DNA from: Acidobacteriota bacterium
Lineage (GTDB): Bacteria > Acidobacteriota > UBA6911 > RPQK01 > JAJDTT01
Assembly (NCBI GenBank): GCA_965217775.1
Contig: CBDCJH010000002.1
Coordinates: forward strand, 5,728,001 to 5,792,000
Reading direction: 5' to 3'
DNA length: 64,000 nt
The position numbers and the translations under genes were made by a program. Position 1 is the stretch's first letter; each line of letters starts with the position of its first letter. Positions 1 to 9,599 of the stretch are shown here, one piece after another. The notes beneath the pieces were generated by a model that was not told the DNA's origin, did not search any database, and saw only the letters and a list, made by a program, of their open reading frames with translations.

Positions 1-1
1 G

Positions 2-343
2 TTGCTGAGCATTTTCAGCCCGGGCTGTCCACTCCACGACGGGGCCGTGATCATTCAGGCCGACCGCATCGCCGCGGCGGGTTGCTACCTTCGCCTGACC
101 ACCAGTCCGGACCTGGGTCGCCGCTGGGGAAGCCGTCATCGCGCCGGTCTCGGGATCTCGGAGGAAACCGACGCCATTTCCATTATCGTCTCCGAGGAGA
201 CCGGCAGGGTCTCGGTCGCGTTCCAAGGCAACCTGATCCAGGATCTGGAGGGCCCGAAGCTGCTGGCGCTGCTGCGGGAGTTGATGGGAACTCGCCGGAG
301 TCCAGCCGCCCAAGCGGCCCAGAGGAGTCCCAAGCCCGCATGA
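2..343 (+). CDS. cdaA: Diadenylate cyclase (DisA_N/DAC domain), 3' part only
   Basis: Motifs PLHDGA and GSRHRAGLGISEETDA; followed by a YbbR-like gene and glmM; runs off the left edge. Confidence 0.92.
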   Translation: MLSIFSPGCPLHDGAVIIQADRIAAAGCYLRLTTSPDLGRRWGSRHRAGLGISEETDAISIIVSEETGRVSVAFQGNLIQDLEGPKLLALLRELMGTRRSPAAQAAQRSPKPA

Positions 344-1287
344 TTCGTCCGCGCCAGTGGCTCCTGAACAATCCCGGCCTGAAGGTGGTCTCTCTGGGCC
401 TTTCCTTCTTGCTCTGGAATCTATTAGGTGTCAAGGACGAGGTCATTCGGGTCGTGACGATCCCGGTCCAGTTCGTCAACCTGGCGCCCGATCTAGCCAT
501 CTCCACCGATTACGAGCGTGAGGTGGAGGTGACCATCCGCGCGGGGCGAAGATTCGCAGTGGAGGAGGAGGCGGGCCGAATGTCGGCCGAAATCGATCTC
601 CAGACCATGGTAGCCGGCAACGTCCAGATTTCCCTGAACGAGCGCAACATCAGCAACCGTCCGCTCGGCGTGGAAGTTCTGAGTATTGCGCCCAATCCGC
701 TCCAGTTGGAGTTGGAACAGATCCACCACAAGATGGTGGAGGTTCGGCCGCGATGGGAGGGTGAGCCCGTGGAAGGCTACGAGCTGGTTGAAGTCCGGAG
801 CGCTCCCCAGCAGGTGCAGGTATCGGGACTGGAGGCCGTGCTGGGCAAGGTTTCCACCGTCCCGACCGAACCCGTGGACATATCCGGCCGCTCCTCAGGT
901 TTCGACTCGGAGGTCGACCTGGACCCTCAGAATCCCCTGCTCGGGATCGACGGCGATTCCTCCGTGGTCTTGCAGATCCTGATCGAGGAAGAGAGGCGGG
1001 AATTGAAGCTGGCGCGGGTCCAGGTGGAATTGGAATCCCCGAGCCCCGGGGTCAGCCTCATGACCCGCTCCTTGAATCTGGTCGTGTCGGTCCCCATATC
1101 CTTCGAAGGCGAGGTCTCCAGCAAGGATTTTCGAGCCCGGGTGGCAGTGAACGGCCTCGAGCCCCGGGGCCAGCCCCATGAGATTCCTCCCGAGATCGTG
1201 ACTATCTCCGACCTGGAGGATCTGGAGGACGTCTACCGGGTGGAATCGACCCAACCGGAGCAAGTCCGGGTCCGGGTCAGACGATAG
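340..1287 (+). CDS. cdaR: YbbR-like diadenylate cyclase regulator
   Basis: ATGA overlap with the cdaA stop; N-terminal NNPGLKVVSLGLSFLLW membrane anchor, then YbbR-type beta repeats; canonical position between cdaA and glmM. Confidence 0.85.
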   Translation: MIRPRQWLLNNPGLKVVSLGLSFLLWNLLGVKDEVIRVVTIPVQFVNLAPDLAISTDYEREVEVTIRAGRRFAVEEEAGRMSAEIDLQTMVAGNVQISLNERNISNRPLGVEVLSIAPNPLQLELEQIHHKMVEVRPRWEGEPVEGYELVEVRSAPQQVQVSGLEAVLGKVSTVPTEPVDISGRSSGFDSEVDLDPQNPLLGIDGDSSVVLQILIEEERRELKLARVQVELESPSPGVSLMTRSLNLVVSVPISFEGEVSSKDFRARVAVNGLEPRGQPHEIPPEIVTISDLEDLEDVYRVESTQPEQVRVRVRR

Positions 1288-1298
1288 CACTAGCCCGA

Positions 1299-2684
1299 AT
1301 GTCCACTCTCTTCGGGACCGACGGAATTCGGGGAGTGGCGGGGGAATACCCTCTCGACCCCGCAACTCTGTTTCGAATCGGCCGGTGCCTCGCCGGTGGT
1401 GGCCGCAGGTCCGTGGTGTTGGGACGGGATACTCGGGAGAGCGGGCCTTGGATCGAGCAGAACCTGGTCCACGGGCTTTCCGGTGCCGGCGCCCGAGTCA
1501 CCTCTGCCGGGGTGTTGCCGACTCCGGCCATCTCCCTGCTGTGCCGGGATTCTGAATTCGACGCCGGCGTCGTCGTCTCGGCTTCTCACAACGTCTACAG
1601 CGACAACGGACTGAAGTTCTTCACGGGACGGGGGCTGAAGCTCTCGCGGCATGAAGAACTGGCGCTCGAAACGCTCTTGGAGGCGGACGATGCCTCCTCT
1701 CCCATGCCGCGCTCCCCCTCTCCGAATCCGCCGGCCTTGATCCGGACCGATCCCGGCTGCTTCGAAAGGTACTCGCGGTTTCTGCGGTCGACGCTGGAAG
1801 TAGAAAGCCTGGAGCACTTGAAGCTGGTCCTGGATTGCGCTTCGGGAGCGGCGTCCCGGGTGGCGCCCCGGCTCTTCAGCGACCTTGGTGCCCGCGTTGC
1901 GGTGATCGACGGCGCACCCGACGGCCGAAACATCAATCGAGACTGTGGGGCGGTCCATCCCCATCGAATGGCCCGAGCCGTGATGGAAACGAAGGCCGAC
2001 TTCGGCGTCGCTTTCGACGGAGACGCCGACCGCGCCATCTTTGCCGATCATCGGGGGAGGCTCCTGACCGGAGATCACGTTCTCTACGTCCTGGCCGGAC
2101 ACTTGCTGGAGCGGGGCCGTCTACCCACCCGCCGGGTCGTCGCCACCGTGATGTCCAATCTGGGTCTGGAGATCGCCCTGGCCAACCTGGGCGTCCACCT
2201 GGTCCGTGCGCAGGTCGGAGACAGGAACGTCTTGGAGACCATGTTGGAGGGGGGAGACCATCTGGGGGGAGAGCCTTCGGGCCACACCATCCTCAGAGAG
2301 CATTCACCGGCGGGAGACGGTATCCTGACCGCCCTGAAGATGGCTCAGGTGCTGTATCTGGAAAGACGCTCGCTGGCCCGGTTGAGCGGTGGCTTGAGGC
2401 TCCGCCCGCAGGTCCTCCGAAACGTTCCGGTGGGAAGGCGGGAGCAGGGCCTGATGGAGGATCGGGAGGTCCGGAGGCGAACCGAGTCGGCTCGACAGTC
2501 CTTGAAGGGCAGGGGACGGATCCTGGTGCGCTGTTCCGGGACCGAACCGGTGGTGAGGATCATGGCGGAAGGTGAGGATCGGGAGCTTCTGGAAGCATGC
2601 GTGGAAGGAATTGCCGCGCAGATCCGGCGCTCCCGGGCACGTCTGGCGCCGCCGGACCACACCAGGCGGCAGGAGCGGTCGTGA
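1299..2684 (+). CDS. glmM: Phosphoglucosamine mutase
   Basis: LFGTDGIRG, VSASHN phosphoserine loop, DGDADR metal loop, GGEPSGH, RCSGTEP. Confidence 0.95.
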   Translation: MSTLFGTDGIRGVAGEYPLDPATLFRIGRCLAGGGRRSVVLGRDTRESGPWIEQNLVHGLSGAGARVTSAGVLPTPAISLLCRDSEFDAGVVVSASHNVYSDNGLKFFTGRGLKLSRHEELALETLLEADDASSPMPRSPSPNPPALIRTDPGCFERYSRFLRSTLEVESLEHLKLVLDCASGAASRVAPRLFSDLGARVAVIDGAPDGRNINRDCGAVHPHRMARAVMETKADFGVAFDGDADRAIFADHRGRLLTGDHVLYVLAGHLLERGRLPTRRVVATVMSNLGLEIALANLGVHLVRAQVGDRNVLETMLEGGDHLGGEPSGHTILREHSPAGDGILTALKMAQVLYLERRSLARLSGGLRLRPQVLRNVPVGRREQGLMEDREVRRRTESARQSLKGRGRILVRCSGTEPVVRIMAEGEDRELLEACVEGIAAQIRRSRARLAPPDHTRRQERS

Positions 2685-5600
2685 ATCCGGAATCTTTTCT
2701 GCAACCATCCCGGGCAACCTCGAGTCCAGGGTTTCCCACAGCTGCAAACCTGTTCGAGACCCTGGCTGAGAAAGCCCTCCGAAACCGGCGGCTCGAGGGC
2801 CTGCATGGAGCCGATTCGGCCTTGGTGCTGGCCTCGATCTATCGAGAGAATCCCGGCTTCTATCTCTGGTTGTGTCCGCGCAATCGGGATCTGGAGACCA
2901 TGGCGGAGAATCTTCGGCTGTTCCTGCCCCAAGAGTGCCGGAATCAGGTCCTGCTGCTTCCCGGTTCGGAAGCGGACCCCTACCGCGGGCTCTCTCCCCA
3001 CCCCGAGATCGCGGCGGCTCGAGCCGTCGCTCTCTGGAAGATTCTCCGTTGGAGCCGGGGCCTGATTCTGACGACCCTGACCGCTCTGACACCGCGGCTT
3101 CCCTCTCCCCGGAACTTCATGAGCCAGTGTCTCGATCTGGAGGTGGGGAGGTTCTTCCCCCCGGATCACCTGGCCCGAACCCTGGACGAAGTGGGTTACA
3201 TCCGGGAAGACCCGGTCAGTTCCGTGGGAGAGTACTCCGTACGCGGCGGCATCATCGACGTCTTTTCACCTTCCGGTTCGGCTCCCGTCCGCATCGAATT
3301 TTTCGGAGACGAGATCGAATCGATTCGCGAATTCGACCCCACTTCGCAACGCTCGGTGGCGCTGGTGCCCGGATGCCATGTGATTCCCATGAGAGAGCTG
3401 GCGGTCACCCCCCGGGACATCGCCAATTGGCACCGGGAAGCTCCGGACCAATGGTCGGAAGTTCGATTTGCTCGAGCCCTGGACGAACGACTCCAGTTCA
3501 CCGCCAACGGGGAGCTGTTCAACGGGTTCGAGGCGCTGTTCCCCCTGGTGGTCCCGGCCCGGCACCATCTGCTGGACTACGTCCAGGGAGAAGGAGGGTC
3601 TTCGCCGACGCTGGTCCTGCCCGACTGGGACGAACTCCGGAATGAGCACGGGAAGATCCGGGAACGGTGGGAACAGAGCTATCGAGAGCGCACGGACGAC
3701 GGCGATCTCACGCTACCGCCGGATCGGCTGGGCTTGTCCACGGAAGTGTTCGAGGGCTGGACCCGGCAACACCGCACCATCTACCTGAGCCGGCTGTTTC
3801 AGGACCCGGGCCAAGCGGAACCTTTCGATTTCCGGATCGAGCGGCAGTACTCGGGTCAATTTCGGGGTCTGTTGGCCGACCTTGAGGAGTGGACCAGGCG
3901 AGAACGGGTCGTCTTCGTGATGAAGACGCCGGGGATGGTCGACCGGCTGGTCGATATCTTTCGCGAGTACGATATTCACCTGCATCGTGCTTCCGGGTTC
4001 GGTAGCGCCCTGGCTCACCGGACCGCCGTGATCCAGGGACGACTGTCGCAAGGGTTCCACTCGCCCGGTCTGGGTCTGCACCTGTTGGGCGAGGAGAACC
4101 TTTTCGCCAAAAGCCTCCGGACACCCGCGCCTCCCCGGACCAAGACCGACCTGGCTGCCAGCTTTCTCTCCGACTTCCGGGATCTGAAGTCCGGCGACTA
4201 CGTGGTTCACATCGATCATGGAATCGGCCGTTTCCAGGGACTTCGGTCGCTGGGTGTCGGCGGCGACGCCCGGGAGTTCGTGGTGGTCAGCTTCCGGGGG
4301 GACGACAAGCTGTACGTCCCCGCGGACCGGCTGGATCAACTCCAGAAATTTCGCAGTTCCGGTGAGTCCGGACCGCGGCTGGATCGATTGGGGGGCGCCT
4401 CCTGGCACAAGACCAAGAAACGAATCAAGAAATCCATGCGGCGCATGGCCCAGGATCTACTCAAGCTGTACGCACAACGGGAGGTGGCCCGGGGGCATGT
4501 CTTCCCGGAGGACGACGCCTTGGTCAGGGAGTTCGAGGCGGCGTTCCCTTATGAGGCAACCCCCGACCAGGCTGCCGCCATCCAGGCCGTCAAGAAGGAC
4601 ATGATGGCGCCGCGTCCCATGGATCGCCTGATCTGTGGAGACGTGGGGTACGGAAAGACCGAAGTGGCTATGAGAGCCGCTTTCCGGGCCGTCAACGACA
4701 GCAAGCAGGTTGCCGTCCTGACCCCCACGACCGTCCTGGCGCTGCAGCACTACAACACCTTTCGCGAGCGCTTCAAGGCGTTTCCCGTCTCCATCGGGAT
4801 GATCAGCCGCCTTCGCAACCGCAGCCAGCAGCGAGAGATCCTCGAGCACACGGAATCGGGGAAGACCGACATTCTCATCGGAACCCACCGGCTCCTCTCC
4901 CGGGACGTCCGGTTCCGCGACCTGGGTCTCATCGTGGTGGACGAGGAACAACGGTTCGGAGTCGTCCAGAAAGAACGGCTCAAGCAGTTGAAGACCCGCG
5001 TGGACGTGCTCAATCTCTCGGCAACGCCGATTCCTCGCACCCTGAGCATGTCGCTGACCGGTGTCCGCGACCTCTCCATCATCGAAACGCCTCCCAAGGA
5101 CCGTCTGTCCATTCAGACCGCCGTGGTCAGGTTCAGCCGGTCGCTGATCCGCACCGCCATCGACCTGGAGCTGAAGCGCCAGGGACAGATCTTCATAGTC
5201 CACAACTCGGTGGAGACCATCTACACCATCGCGCGCATGGTCCAGGAGACGGTGCCCGAAGCTCGCGTCGCGGTCGGGCACGGCCAGATGAGGGAGAAAC
5301 AGCTGGAGAAGGTCATGCTGGATTTCCTCGACTATCGCTACGACGTGCTGGTCGCCACCACCATTATCGAAAACGGCCTGGACATCCCCCGGGCCAATAC
5401 CCTCCTGGTGAACCGGGCCCACCGGTTCGGACTCGCCCAGCTCTACCAGCTCAGGGGCCGGGTCGGCCGCTCCAATCGCCGCGCCTACGCCTATCTGCTC
5501 ATTCCCTCCGAGGAAACTCTGAGCACCGCCGCCGCCAAGCGCCTTGCGGCCATCCGGGAATTCAGCGACCTGGGTTCCGGATTTCGCATCGCCGCCATGG

Positions 5601-6205
5601 ATCTGGAGATCCGCGGCTCGGGCAATCTGCTGGGGCAGGAACAGCATGGGCACATCAATGCCGTCGGCTTCGAACTCTACCTGAAGCTGCTGCAGGAGGC
5701 AGTTCGGGAGTTGAAGGGAGGGGAGATCGAGGAGGAGATCCGAATCAGCATCGACCTGGGCCTGGACATCCACATTCCGCAACATTACATTCGCGACCCG
5801 AGTCAGCGCCTCTGGCTCTACAAGCGGTTGAGCATTCTGTCGAACCGGAGATCTTTGGAAAACCTGAAGGAGGAGGTCGAAGACCGGTTCGGCAAGTATC
5901 CACGTTCCGTCTCCAATCTCTTCGAGTACGGAGCATTGCGGCTGAGCGCGAATCGCTTGAGAATCAGTTCCATCGACCTCAGGGGCCCGAAGGTCTCGCT
6001 GAGGTTCAGGGATGACACGCCGGTATCTCCTCATGACATCGTCGCTCTGGTCCAGGGGAGGACCGATCTCACTCTGGCTCAAGGCGGGGTTCTCAACGTT
6101 CGAGTCCCCTCTTCCGATCGGGCGACCCTCTTCGACTGCGTCAGCGCCGTGCTCGAGAGCATCGGTGAAAGGGTGGAGAACGGGGGAATCAGGAGTCTGG
6201 AGTGA
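2681..6205 (+). CDS. mfd: Transcription-repair coupling factor
   Basis: GTG start overlapping the glmM stop; RGGIIDVF, VVHIDHGIG, GDVGYGKT Walker A, DEEQRFGV, QLRGRVGR, DLEIRGSGNLLG. Confidence 0.97.
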   Translation: MNPESFLQPSRATSSPGFPTAANLFETLAEKALRNRRLEGLHGADSALVLASIYRENPGFYLWLCPRNRDLETMAENLRLFLPQECRNQVLLLPGSEADPYRGLSPHPEIAAARAVALWKILRWSRGLILTTLTALTPRLPSPRNFMSQCLDLEVGRFFPPDHLARTLDEVGYIREDPVSSVGEYSVRGGIIDVFSPSGSAPVRIEFFGDEIESIREFDPTSQRSVALVPGCHVIPMRELAVTPRDIANWHREAPDQWSEVRFARALDERLQFTANGELFNGFEALFPLVVPARHHLLDYVQGEGGSSPTLVLPDWDELRNEHGKIRERWEQSYRERTDDGDLTLPPDRLGLSTEVFEGWTRQHRTIYLSRLFQDPGQAEPFDFRIERQYSGQFRGLLADLEEWTRRERVVFVMKTPGMVDRLVDIFREYDIHLHRASGFGSALAHRTAVIQGRLSQGFHSPGLGLHLLGEENLFAKSLRTPAPPRTKTDLAASFLSDFRDLKSGDYVVHIDHGIGRFQGLRSLGVGGDAREFVVVSFRGDDKLYVPADRLDQLQKFRSSGESGPRLDRLGGASWHKTKKRIKKSMRRMAQDLLKLYAQREVARGHVFPEDDALVREFEAAFPYEATPDQAAAIQAVKKDMMAPRPMDRLICGDVGYGKTEVAMRAAFRAVNDSKQVAVLTPTTVLALQHYNTFRERFKAFPVSIGMISRLRNRSQQREILEHTESGKTDILIGTHRLLSRDVRFRDLGLIVVDEEQRFGVVQKERLKQLKTRVDVLNLSATPIPRTLSMSLTGVRDLSIIETPPKDRLSIQTAVVRFSRSLIRTAIDLELKRQGQIFIVHNSVETIYTIARMVQETVPEARVAVGHGQMREKQLEKVMLDFLDYRYDVLVATTIIENGLDIPRANTLLVNRAHRFGLAQLYQLRGRVGRSNRRAYAYLLIPSEETLSTAAAKRLAAIREFSDLGSGFRIAAMDLEIRGSGNLLGQEQHGHINAVGFELYLKLLQEAVRELKGGEIEEEIRISIDLGLDIHIPQHYIRDPSQRLWLYKRLSILSNRRSLENLKEEVEDRFGKYPRSVSNLFEYGALRLSANRLRISSIDLRGPKVSLRFRDDTPVSPHDIVALVQGRTDLTLAQGGVLNVRVPSSDRATLFDCVSAVLESIGERVENGGIRSLE

Positions 6206-6341
6206 CGTCGGTGCCGGACTCTTAGTTTGTGAATTCGGTGCGGCCCGGGGGGTCGGCACGGCGATATCGGGTGAGGGCTGATAGAATGGAAGATTCTGAT
6301 AGACAGAGTTAGACGACAGTATCCTGTCTGAGTGCTGCCCT

Positions 6342-7317
6342 ATGATTCTTGCTGTGAAAACTCATGCAGTTTTCCAATGCCGGGCGAAGCTCTCCAAACC
6401 GGGATGGCGCCGATTGGATTGGATCCGGGGCGTCCTGAATCGGATCTACAATTCCGCACTGGAGGAGCGCAAGACTGCTTGGGAACACGACAAGCGTGGC
6501 ATCAGCATGTATGACCAGATGAAGCGTCTGACGCAAGCGCGCAAATCGGACCCGGATGAGATCGGGGCCATCTCCGTGGCTGCGGAACGCGGGATGCTGC
6601 GCCGTCTGGAAGGGGCGTTTCAAGCCTTCTTCCGACGGTGCAAGTCGGGAGAGAATCCTGGGTATCCCCGGTTCCGTCCTCTGGCCCGGATGGAGACGAT
6701 CGACATCGTTGACCCGAGGACGACCATGGTCAAGAAGCGGGCCCGTGGGTACGCCATCAAGCCCAAAGGGTTCCCGACGATCCGCATCTTTCCGTCCCGT
6801 GCCTTGCCGGGCGGCTGCCCGTTGAAGGCGCTGCGGATCGTCCGCAAGCCCAACCGGGTCTACGTGGACTTGGTCTACGAGATCGAGAAGGAACCGTTGC
6901 CCCGTTGTGACTCTGCGGTGGGGATCGACCTTGGAGTCCGCGAACGGGCCGTCTTGTCCAGCGGGGATCGGATCGAACGGAACCGTCGAGACTGGGCGGA
7001 GATTAAGCGTCAGCAGAGAAGGGTGGCCCGTTGCAAGCGGGGATCGAACCGCCGAAGGAAGCGGGTCCGGCAACCGGCATGGTTACACTACCGCGAGCGG
7101 GTCAAGAACCGGAATGCGTGCCACCGGGCCACGACTCGAATCGTCCGTTCTCACGGACTCATCGCCGTCGAGAAACTGAACGTCAAGAGGATGACCACGA
7201 AGGGCCTCAAGAAGAAGGGCCTGCCTGAACATTCTCAGGGCCGGGGTTGATGTCCTGGGTGCCGAAACGTGGGCCGATAGGCCGAGCGTGGCACCGGAAT
7301 TGTATGTCGTCAAGTAA
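6342..7317 (+). pseudogene. tnpB: RNA-guided nuclease TnpB with internal deletion and frameshift
   Basis: YNSALEERK, GYPRFR, VGIDLG (RuvC-I) and IAVEKLN (RuvC-II) present. After KKGL (~7223) the sequence jumps to the usual C-terminal LNILRAG in another frame (7225-7317); the zinc finger and RuvC-III Asp are missing. Confidence 0.88.
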
Positions 7318-7331
7318 TGTCTATAAGCCCC
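7240..7331 (+). ncRNA. Putative omegaRNA/reRNA scaffold (3' part) of the TnpB element
   Basis: Nested stem GGTGCC..ACG..GGCC-GATA-GGCC..CGT-GGCACC at 7258-7295, overlapping the tnpB 3' end where TnpB scaffolds normally lie; extent inferred. Confidence 0.5.
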
Positions 7332-7346
7332 ATAGAATGGACGGCG

Positions 7347-8303
7347 ATGCTCGCGAGTCTGAAACCGATTCGTGCCGGTGGGGCACTGGGCCGGAGTTGG
7401 ATCGGGACGGCGCTGCTGCTTCATCTGGGGTGGGTTGCCTGTGGGCTTCCGGCGGGAGACGCCCGTTCGCCCAAACCGGAGACACTGGTGGCGCAGTTGG
7501 ACGAGGAGCAAATTACGCTTCGAGAATTCGAAGCCTACTTGACGACGGAGCCGGACTCAGGGCAGGACCCGCCTCGAAGAAGCCGGTTTCGTGATTTCGT
7601 GGTGGAGAAAATGCTTCTGCGCCAAGCTCGGCTTGACGGCATCAGCGTGGCCGACGAGGAGTTGGAGGAACAGATGGGGAATCTTCAGATCGCAGCCGGA
7701 GACTCCGAATTCTCCGAACGGTTGCGCCGATTCCTCACCTTTCAAAAGCTGCTGAAGCTGAAGGTCCGGGATCAGGTGGAAGTGACCTCGTCCGACATTC
7801 GCGAATTTTATGGGAGCCACGACGAACAGTTTCGGGTCGGCGATTCAGGAAGGGTGTTGGAGATCCTGGTGGACGACCGGGATCGAGCCCAGGAAATTCG
7901 AGAAACGCTGGAGCCGGGAGACGTCCGGCAGTTCCAGGAGATGGCCCGATTGCACTCCAAGGGTCTGACCGCAGAATCCGGCGGAGCCCTGGGAACCTTC
8001 GAGCGGGGTCAACTGCCGAGCGAGTTCGAAAAGGTCATCTTGTCGCTGGAGCCGGGTGAGATCAGTAACGTGTTTCGATCCCGGCATGGGTACCACCTCT
8101 TCATGGTGGAGGAATGGATACCGCGGCACCACAAAAGTCTCTACCATGTTCAAGAGGGGATCTTCTCGACTTTGATTGCAAAGCAGGAGAGCGCCGCGGT
8201 GGATTCCTACATCGAGGCTCTGCTGGCCGGGGCCTCGCTCCGGATCTACGACAGGGAACTCGACTTCCGGGAGAGCGATGATCATGTTTCCGCGCCAAAT
8301 TAA
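7347..8303 (+). CDS. SurA/PpiC-type peptidyl-prolyl isomerase
   Basis: Signal-like N-terminus, SurA_N-like helices, parvulin motifs FQEMARLHS, GGALGTF, GYHLF; start uncertain. Confidence 0.82.
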   Translation: MLASLKPIRAGGALGRSWIGTALLLHLGWVACGLPAGDARSPKPETLVAQLDEEQITLREFEAYLTTEPDSGQDPPRRSRFRDFVVEKMLLRQARLDGISVADEELEEQMGNLQIAAGDSEFSERLRRFLTFQKLLKLKVRDQVEVTSSDIREFYGSHDEQFRVGDSGRVLEILVDDRDRAQEIRETLEPGDVRQFQEMARLHSKGLTAESGGALGTFERGQLPSEFEKVILSLEPGEISNVFRSRHGYHLFMVEEWIPRHHKSLYHVQEGIFSTLIAKQESAAVDSYIEALLAGASLRIYDRELDFRESDDHVSAPN

Positions 8304-9375
8304 GGTGATTACGATTGCTGGGGTCCTGCTGTTGTCCGGGCCGGTTCCGGGTCAGGACCAGGGAGTGGCCGGAGATCCACCCCGGCCGCCGCAGCGGAAG
8401 CAGCAGGCGCCGCCTCCGGAACCGGTTCTCCTGGACGAGATCGTGGCCCGCGTCAACGACCAGATCATCACCCGCAGGGAACTGGACCACGAGTTGTACA
8501 TCGTCCAATCAGATGTGCAGCGGCGGATACAGGATCGGGAACGCGCCATGCGGATGTGGCAGACTCAGAAGAAACACGTATTGCGCGAGATGATTGACAC
8601 CCGGCTTCTGCTGCAGAAGGCCGAGGAACTGGGTGTGGCTCCCAATGTTGACGATGAGGTCTCGACTCAGATCGAGAATATGCGCAAGGAGAGTGGAATT
8701 CCCAGCCTGGAGGCCATGGATCAGGCCATGCGCCGGCAAGGCTTGAGCCTGGGTCAAATGAGAGAGAGGCTGAGGAAAAAATACATACAGGAACGTCTGT
8801 TGGGCGCTATGGTCTATTCCCGGATCGCGCTGCTGACACCCGAGATCCAGGAGTTCTACGACCAGAACCGTGAACGGTTCACCGAGCCCGAGGAGGTGGA
8901 GTTGGCCGAGATTCTGTTCCTCACCGAGGGCAAGGAGAAGAACCAGGTACATCCCAAGGCTCAGGGAGTCCTGGACCGGCTCAAGGCGGGAGGCTCGTTC
9001 GAAGAGTTGGCCAAGGAGCATTCCGAGGGTCCCACCGCCAATCGGGGAGGGTCGATCGGGTCCTTCAAGCGGGGGTCCATGCAGCAGGTTCAGGAAGCGG
9101 CCGTGACCAAGTTGAAAGAGGGGGAGTTCAGCAACCTCATCGAGGCCGACTACGGTTTTCAGATTCTCAGGTTATTGAAGAGAAAACCTGCGCGGCAGTT
9201 GGATCTGGAAGAGGTGCGGCGCTACGTTCAGGAACAGCTCTACTTCAAGAAGGCGCAGCCTCAGCTCAAGAAGTACGTGGAAGGCCTGCGGGAGGAAAGC
9301 TACATCTACATCGATCCTGAATACCAGAAAGAGTACGAGGTGGAAGAACTCGGACTCACGTCCATCGAATTTTAG
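8278..9375 (+). CDS. SurA-like chaperone / PpiC peptidyl-prolyl isomerase
   Basis: IVARVNDQIIT (SurA_N), SFEELAKEHSEGPTANRGGSIG, YGFQIL. Confidence 0.88.
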   Translation: MIMFPRQIKVITIAGVLLLSGPVPGQDQGVAGDPPRPPQRKQQAPPPEPVLLDEIVARVNDQIITRRELDHELYIVQSDVQRRIQDRERAMRMWQTQKKHVLREMIDTRLLLQKAEELGVAPNVDDEVSTQIENMRKESGIPSLEAMDQAMRRQGLSLGQMRERLRKKYIQERLLGAMVYSRIALLTPEIQEFYDQNRERFTEPEEVELAEILFLTEGKEKNQVHPKAQGVLDRLKAGGSFEELAKEHSEGPTANRGGSIGSFKRGSMQQVQEAAVTKLKEGEFSNLIEADYGFQILRLLKRKPARQLDLEEVRRYVQEQLYFKKAQPQLKKYVEGLREESYIYIDPEYQKEYEVEELGLTSIEF

Positions 9376-9410
9376 TTTCTTGATCTCGAGTTCTTGTACA
9401 AATTGACGAA

Positions 9411-9501
9411 GTAGGGGCGCCCCTTGTGGGCGCCCTCTTCGGTCTCAAGCGAAGCAAGACGGGGCCAGACGAAGAGTCGGCGGCTGGAAAGCCGCCGCTA
9501 C
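9411..9501. repeat. Inverted pair of GTAG-type REP palindromes
   Basis: GTAG-GGGCGCCC-CTTGT-GGGCGCCC at 9411-9435 (+) and GTAG-CGGCGGC-TTTCCA-GCCGCCG at 9501-9478 (-), between convergent genes. Confidence 0.65.
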
Positions 9502-9599
9502 GGCGAAGAAATTTTGGTTCCGGCTATGCTGGGTTAGGTTTTAGGCGAATAGCCGTTCATCACACCTGCCGCCGGCGTCCGTCCGAGCCGCTCTCGAAT

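Larger units (their letters stand above)
6291..7331 (+). mobile_element. Non-autonomous TnpB-only element (IS200/IS605/IS607 superfamily), internally deleted
   Basis: tnpB-like ORF and no tnpA; imperfect subterminal inverted repeats 6296-6318 / 7305-7327; flanking 10-bp direct repeat ATAGAATGGA at 6281-6290 and 7332-7341; boundaries inferred. Confidence 0.7.

Noticed and set aside
4457-6259. Long antisense ORFs (e.g. 600 aa here, 852 aa at 15570-18128, 564 aa at 42647-44341, 593 aa at 51189-52970)
   Set aside because: Shadow ORFs of well-supported genes in high-GC DNA, with no recognisable motifs
7310-7313. TCAA as an IS605-type right-end cleavage site
   Set aside because: It lies inside the inverted-repeat motif and has no adjacent subterminal hairpin; the boundary fits better near 7331, though this remains unresolved
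9516-9547. GGGTTAGG/TTAGGC as an integron attC end
   Set aside because: No matching inverse core at a plausible distance, no cassette array and no integrase
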